A stretch of 64,000 nt of DNA from Gemmatimonadota bacterium (GTDB taxonomy: Bacteria > Gemmatimonadota > Gemmatimonadetes > Gemmatimonadales > GWC2-71-9), in assembly GCA_039588295.1 (NCBI GenBank), contig JBDHAB010000005.1:62395-126394 (forward strand). Reading direction: 5' to 3'. The notes below the pieces were generated by a model, which made no database searches, had not been told where the DNA came from, and was given only the letters and a program-made list of their open reading frames with translations. The position numbers were made by a program, and so were the translations under genes. This document shows positions 59,712-64,000 of this stretch, one piece after another. How positions within the stretch are numbered: the first letter of the stretch is position 1; each line of letters opens with the position of its first letter.

Positions 59712-60323
59712 ATGGGCGACCATCAGTTGCAGGTCAGCGTGCGAGTGGTGTCGGCGGGCGCTGCGCCGGTCGGCCCGCTGGCTGTGTCGCAGGGAAGTGC
59801 GGCGATGACGGTCGAGATCGATAACGCCACCTTCGTGCTGGGCGGTCTCAAACTCGAGACGGCAGGGCTCGACAACACGGTGGACTGGGTCTACGAGCAG
59901 TCAGAGGTCGTCCCACTCGACTTGAGCGGTGACGCGATTCTCGTGTTCGACACCGACGTGCCGGCTGGGACGTACAAGGAACTCGAGCTGTCGATCGATA
60001 AGCTCGAGGTCGGCAACCCGGCGGAAGATCCGCTGATCACCCAATACCCGCTGCTCGCCGATGCGAGCGTGCTGGTCGAGGGAACTGTCGATGGAACGCC
60101 GTTCGCGTTCACCGCCCCGCTCGACATCGATCTCGAGCTGCTGTTCCATGCACCTAAGACATTTGTGGACGGCGAGCCGCGGCCCGTGCTGGTCGAACTG
60201 GCCATCGAAACGAGCGGCTGGTTCATGGGTGCGATCGACATGCTCGACCCGAACGACCCGGCGAATCAGTCCGCCATTGAGGGTAGTATCCAGGCTTCCC
60301 TGGAACTTCACGAGGACGACTGA
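59712..60323 (+). CDS. Acidic hypothetical protein, possibly 5'-truncated by the IS remnant
   Basis: VPAGTYKELEL, LDPND..NQSAIE..I..S. Confidence 0.6.
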   Translation: MGDHQLQVSVRVVSAGAAPVGPLAVSQGSAAMTVEIDNATFVLGGLKLETAGLDNTVDWVYEQSEVVPLDLSGDAILVFDTDVPAGTYKELELSIDKLEVGNPAEDPLITQYPLLADASVLVEGTVDGTPFAFTAPLDIDLELLFHAPKTFVDGEPRPVLVELAIETSGWFMGAIDMLDPNDPANQSAIEGSIQASLELHEDD

Positions 60324-60633
60324 AGAGGCTGGTCACTGGCACCCGCGTCCGCGACGACGTTCGGGACCTAGTGGACGGACGGTTGCTTCCGTCCTGACCA
60401 CCGCCACGAACCCAAACGTCGCGCAGCAATACAGCCAACGCCATTTCCGATAACTCCTTCAGTGTTTCTTTTAGGACAAGACCTGCAGTATTACGGTTGT
60501 CCTTCGACAAGGTTCGTCTCTCGGTTACTGTCCCAAGCAAGGGTGAGTCCACTTGGCACTGTCACATGTGCGGACCGCTGGCCGTGGCGAACTGACACAA
60601 GAAGCGCAGCATGATCAAGGGGAGGTGACGAAC

Positions 60634-61014
60634 ATGAGACAGGAGCTAATCCAAATGATAGGTGAAGGATGGGAGGTCGTCGTTGTAGGCAAGAAGCAAT
60701 TAGACGAGGGAAGACTGGAAGTCATCTTCAAGCACATGGACCTGATGAGAAGGCCAGTCGAAGGCTGGGAGGTGAAGAGTTTATATAAGTCCGAGGGAGC
60801 GATACACGCACACGTTTGCCTAGAGCTGGACGATGAGGATGATCGGTCTAGGTATTTGGAGTTCAATTCTAGGTCGGCATCCCAGCGCAGTCGAAGTGAG
60901 TACAACAAGGAACTCGCGCGGGCAAACATCGAGAACCAGATCAGGAGAAACGCAGTCCAAGGAGCCGCAGGCTTGGGCGTGTATGTTCCCTTTAACCCCA
61001 AGATTGTACCGTAG
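60634..61014 (+). CDS. Hypothetical protein (lower GC)
   Basis: RBS GGAGGTG before ATG 60634. Confidence 0.6.
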   Translation: MRQELIQMIGEGWEVVVVGKKQLDEGRLEVIFKHMDLMRRPVEGWEVKSLYKSEGAIHAHVCLELDDEDDRSRYLEFNSRSASQRSRSEYNKELARANIENQIRRNAVQGAAGLGVYVPFNPKIVP

Positions 61015-61137
61015 CAGGTTCACCCCACTCGGGGCTTCCACGTAGCCTGTGATCAAGGCACGACTTCAAGGGGACCGGGCGCAGAGATTGAATCGACGCC
61101 GGCGCTGTGTCCGGGCTCAGCACCGGGTGCCAGGCCC

Positions 61138-61170
61138 AGCCCTGAGCGTCACGCGGCGTTCGGGGCTTTC
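61138..61170 (+). repeat. Conserved 3' hairpin element, copy 6
   Basis: AGCCCTGAGCGTCACGCGGCGTTCGGGGCTTTC. Confidence 0.9.
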
Positions 61171-61475
61171 TTCTAGCTGAACCACGAGTCCAGTCCCGAG
61201 CTCGCCGTGATCGTCGGCGCAGCCCAGCTCCTGCACGAGGCCATCCGCGAGCACAGCATCGACTCCGACAATCGCTGCGCCGCCGCCTCCGTCGCGTACC
61301 ACCCCCCGACGACGCGATCGGTCCACCTGCGTGTCCCCCCAAGGCCCCCGTCCGCTTGACGTCTGCTTGACGCTGCCTGTGCAACAATGTCCCGAGCGTG
61401 GGGGAAATGTGGTGACTCGGATGCTTTGACCGATAAGCGGCGTACGTGAGTGCCCTGCACGGAGGGGAGAATACC

Positions 61476-61880
61476 ATGCGTGCGATCATGAGAAGGAAGC
61501 AGCTTCTGCTGCTCGGCGCGGCGCTGGGCATCGCCCAGGTTGGGTGCAGCGAGGTCGCAGGTCCCGAAGCCTGGGCCGGCGGGTATCAAACTGCGACCAA
61601 GTTCGACGGTCCTGACGGCGTATGGGAAACGAGCGGCAGGCTGACCATCACCCAGGATAGTTCTGTGACGCTCAACGGCACGGCCATCATCAGTGCGGTG
61701 TTCTGGGGAGACTCGCTCGCCTGGGAGGTAGCCGCCGGGAACAGCACAAGTGCGTTTGTGGTCTTCAAGGAGTCCGACGACCGCGGGCACTACTGGGTGG
61801 CCGCCGTGGGTGAGTGCTTCACAGGCTGGATCCAGTACCCCAGCGGTGACCCTCTGGACTTCCGGGGCCTGAAGGAGTAG
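61476..61880 (+). CDS. Hypothetical lipoprotein
   Basis: RBS, signal peptide ending VGC. Confidence 0.65.
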   Translation: MRAIMRRKQLLLLGAALGIAQVGCSEVAGPEAWAGGYQTATKFDGPDGVWETSGRLTITQDSSVTLNGTAIISAVFWGDSLAWEVAAGNSTSAFVVFKESDDRGHYWVAAVGECFTGWIQYPSGDPLDFRGLKE

Positions 61881-62059
61881 AGCCGCCAGGTTCGGGGAGC
61901 CCCTGACAGGCACCTACGCATCTTGACCAATGCACCGCCCGGCCTCGCGCCGGGCGCTGCGCTTTGCAGTGCTTTCTCGTTCTAGATAGCCGCAGTTCTG
62001 CTTGACGGCGCCTTGACACTATGCGCCTACGTTCGGTGCGTCCCGATTGGGAGGCGCAC

Positions 62060-62608
62060 ATGCGTACCGTCGCGCTCTTCGCGGTTCTCGTCCTCGCACC
62101 GTCCACCGACGCCATCGCGCAAGCACAGCCACTGCTGCCGGGCCAGCGAGTGCGGGTGACCGCACCCACGCTCGGTATCAACAAGCAGGTTGCCACGTTC
62201 CAAACCCTCGAGAACGACATGCTAGTTATGAGCGCTGATTCCACCATGCGATGCCCAATCGCCGCTGTGATACGGCTTGACGTGCATCGAGGGCAGAAGT
62301 CACGCATAGGCAAGGCAGCCCTCATTGGCAGTCTCGTGGGCGCTAGCGTTGGAGCAGCTGCCGGTGCGGTACTTGCTGGGCGCTGCGAGGGGAGCACATC
62401 CCACCTTGTGGGGCCAGACTGCGGGCCAGGATACATTGGAGCAGGGGCAGTTGTCGTTGGGGGAGTCGGGGCGCTGGTTGGCGTTGGCATTGGAGCACTC
62501 TCCGGCCCGACCCACAAGTGGGAGGAAATCCCGCTCAACCGCTTGCGCGTGAGCGTCGTGCCGCAGCAGGGAGGAAGGTTCGCGCTAGGGGTGTCGCTCA
62601 GGTTCTAG
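62060..62608 (+). CDS. Exported Gly-rich membrane protein
   Basis: Signal peptide, PGQRVRVTAP, glycine-zipper TMs, C-terminal LGVSLRF. Confidence 0.75.
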   Translation: MRTVALFAVLVLAPSTDAIAQAQPLLPGQRVRVTAPTLGINKQVATFQTLENDMLVMSADSTMRCPIAAVIRLDVHRGQKSRIGKAALIGSLVGASVGAAAGAVLAGRCEGSTSHLVGPDCGPGYIGAGAVVVGGVGALVGVGIGALSGPTHKWEEIPLNRLRVSVVPQQGGRFALGVSLRF

Positions 62609-62610
62609 TA

Positions 62611-62755
62611 GCCAAGCACATCCGCGAAAAGGGCGCGAACACGCTGATCGTTTAACGGAAGTGGTGCTGGTGCGGCTGGACGGAACTAAGGTTCGGTCTG
62701 CATCTTCCACCGTGATGACTGCTCACGCCCGCAGCTCACCGGCTGACCGTTAGGC
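62611..62755 (+). other. Degenerate integron attC site
   Basis: Right arm CGCCCGCAGCTCACCGGCTGACC-GTTAGGC; left arm decayed; ATG 10 nt downstream. Confidence 0.55.
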
Positions 62756-62765
62756 CGCTCCGCAA

Positions 62766-63041
62766 ATGAGGAAACCGACCGTGGTTCCCAAAACCGTCGG
62801 CCGACAACTCGTCAACCGACTGATTCTCGGGCTCCTTGGCATCGTCTTCATCCTCTTCGCTGCCGGGGCGCTCTTGCTTGGCCTGCGCGAAGAGGCCTTT
62901 GGAGCGATTGGCCAGATCGTCACGGTCGCGGTCGCCGTGGCGTTGCTTGCTGCCGGGCTGCGCCAGATCTATCAGGCGATAGTTGGCCGCCTGCCGCGGT
63001 GGTATACGGAACTCTTGTTGTGGTTGGCGCGGGTGTCTTGA
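62766..63041 (+). CDS. Small membrane protein (gene cassette)
   Basis: Two TM segments; flanked by attC-like sites. Confidence 0.65.
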   Translation: MRKPTVVPKTVGRQLVNRLILGLLGIVFILFAAGALLLGLREEAFGAIGQIVTVAVAVALLAAGLRQIYQAIVGRLPRWYTELLLWLARVS

Positions 63042-63071
63042 TAGGTGGCCCTTATCGCAAATAGGGGAGCG

Positions 63072-63214
63072 GCCTAGCCCGCGCATAGACCTGGCGAGCG
63101 CGGGCGTTCCAAAGGAACTTGAGTGTTGATGCGCTCGACGATCAGACGAGCACGTTCACCAATAGGCGTGGCCCGCGAGCGAGGCGCTCGCAGGTCATAC
63201 GCAGACCGTTAGGC
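63072..63214 (+). other. Integron attC site
   Basis: GCCTAGC...GCGCATAGACCTGGCGAGCGC pairs with GCGCTCGCAGGTCATACGC...GTTAGGC, leaving unpaired bases. Confidence 0.8.
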
Positions 63215-63311
63215 GGCCCGGTACAGTTCACGCGCCCGATGGAACCAAGGCTGCGCGGGGTATCGGTTAGCCATCGAGCACCAACCGGTCACCTGAGCGA
63301 CGAGGCCGAGG

Positions 63312-63818
63312 ATGAAAGAGGAAACCGACTGCCCACTTGCTGAGAGATTCAGCGCTTGGGAAAAAGCCTACGCTCAGCTTTCGTTTTGGCTTATCGGTGT
63401 CACAGGCACTGTCGGAATTGTGCTTGCCGATTGGCCGTGGGTCCTGCCATACCTGGTGATATACTGGTACGGAGTACCTGGGATCATCATGCGGCACTTG
63501 AATTGCCCAAGGTGTCCCCATCTCCACGTGTACGGCGATTGCCTCCAAGCTCCCGCAGGTCTCACGAGATGGCTCATCAAGGCGAGAAAGACGAGCCCTT
63601 TCAGTACCGCAGAGAAGGTCCTGTTCTACGCGATCTTCGGTCTCATCCCGACGTATCCGCTGTTTTGGCTTCTATCAAACCGCGTACTGCTGGGAGCGTT
63701 CCTAATCGGGGTCGGTGCCTGGTATTCAGGCCAGTTCCTCTATTTCTGTAAGCGTTGCCGAGTGTATGACTGCCCATTCAATCGCGTTAGTCCGAGGCGC
63801 TGGGCGACGACGGCGTGA
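63312..63818 (+). CDS. Cys-rich membrane protein (gene cassette)
   Basis: About four TMs; CPRCPH, FCKRC...CPFN. Confidence 0.75.
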   Translation: MKEETDCPLAERFSAWEKAYAQLSFWLIGVTGTVGIVLADWPWVLPYLVIYWYGVPGIIMRHLNCPRCPHLHVYGDCLQAPAGLTRWLIKARKTSPFSTAEKVLFYAIFGLIPTYPLFWLLSNRVLLGAFLIGVGAWYSGQFLYFCKRCRVYDCPFNRVSPRRWATTA

Positions 63819-63863
63819 ACGGGATGTTGAACGCGGCTTGGTGCGGCGGCAGCGGATCGGGCC

Positions 63864-63890
63864 GCCTAACACCCGTTAGGAACTGACGGG
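63864..63890 (+). other. Left arm of an attC site interrupted by an IS
   Basis: GCCTAAC-ACCCGTTAGGAACTGACGGG immediately followed by an IS end. Confidence 0.6.
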
Positions 63891-64000
63891 GGAACCTCCC
63901 TCACTTTGGTAGACACTTTCACCTAACCGGGGGGAGGTGTCGATGGCACGCGCAGGCCCGCGGAAAGTCCGGGCGTACAGCCGCGAGTTCAAGCTGACGG
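63891..64000 (+). mobile_element. IS3-family element left end and OrfA start (runs off window)
   Basis: IR-like GAACCTCCCTCACTTTGGTAGACA; RBS GGAGGT; ATG 63943 MARAGPRKVRAYSREFKLT. Confidence 0.7.

Noticed and set aside
47861..61170. Hairpin repeats as a CRISPR array
   Set aside because: Spacing is 0.6-6 kb with whole genes between, both orientations occur, and no cas genes are present.
184..64000. Genome-wide UGA reassignment (Trp/Gly)
   Set aside because: rpmB, rplQ and many other genes end normally at TGA. Only two UGAs fall at catalytic Cys positions.

Overview
GC-rich bacterial window. Gene content and order suggest Gemmatimonadota, but this is an inference. 1-45 kb is core chromosome: rpmB, an alpha operon (rpmJ-rpsM-rpsK-rpsD-rpoA-rplQ), pyrDF, amidase, smpB, tRNA-Leu(CAG), a redox cluster, 2-oxoacid dehydrogenase E1beta/E2, a copper ATPase module, inositol-lipid genes, peptidoglycan salvage genes, TonB/ExbBD, two-component genes and sodA. 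The ORF track splits two redox-cluster genes at in-frame UGA codons that sit exactly at catalytic Cys positions: an AhpD-like protein (CxxU) and a peroxiredoxin (TxxU). Both are probably selenoproteins, and they lie either side of trxB. A catalytically degenerate IS200-type TnpA sits between the E1beta and E2 genes. 45-64 kb is a mosaic accessory region: two tRNA-Ala 3' scars, a lone terminase small subunit, a frameshifted SIR2-like gene, IS91/IS5/IS3 remnants, a PTS-EIIA::SLC4-type anion transporter and integron attC cassettes with no integrase in view. A ~33-42 nt hairpin follows six unrelated genes there, always in the same relative orientation. All calls come from reading motifs by eye; no searches were run.
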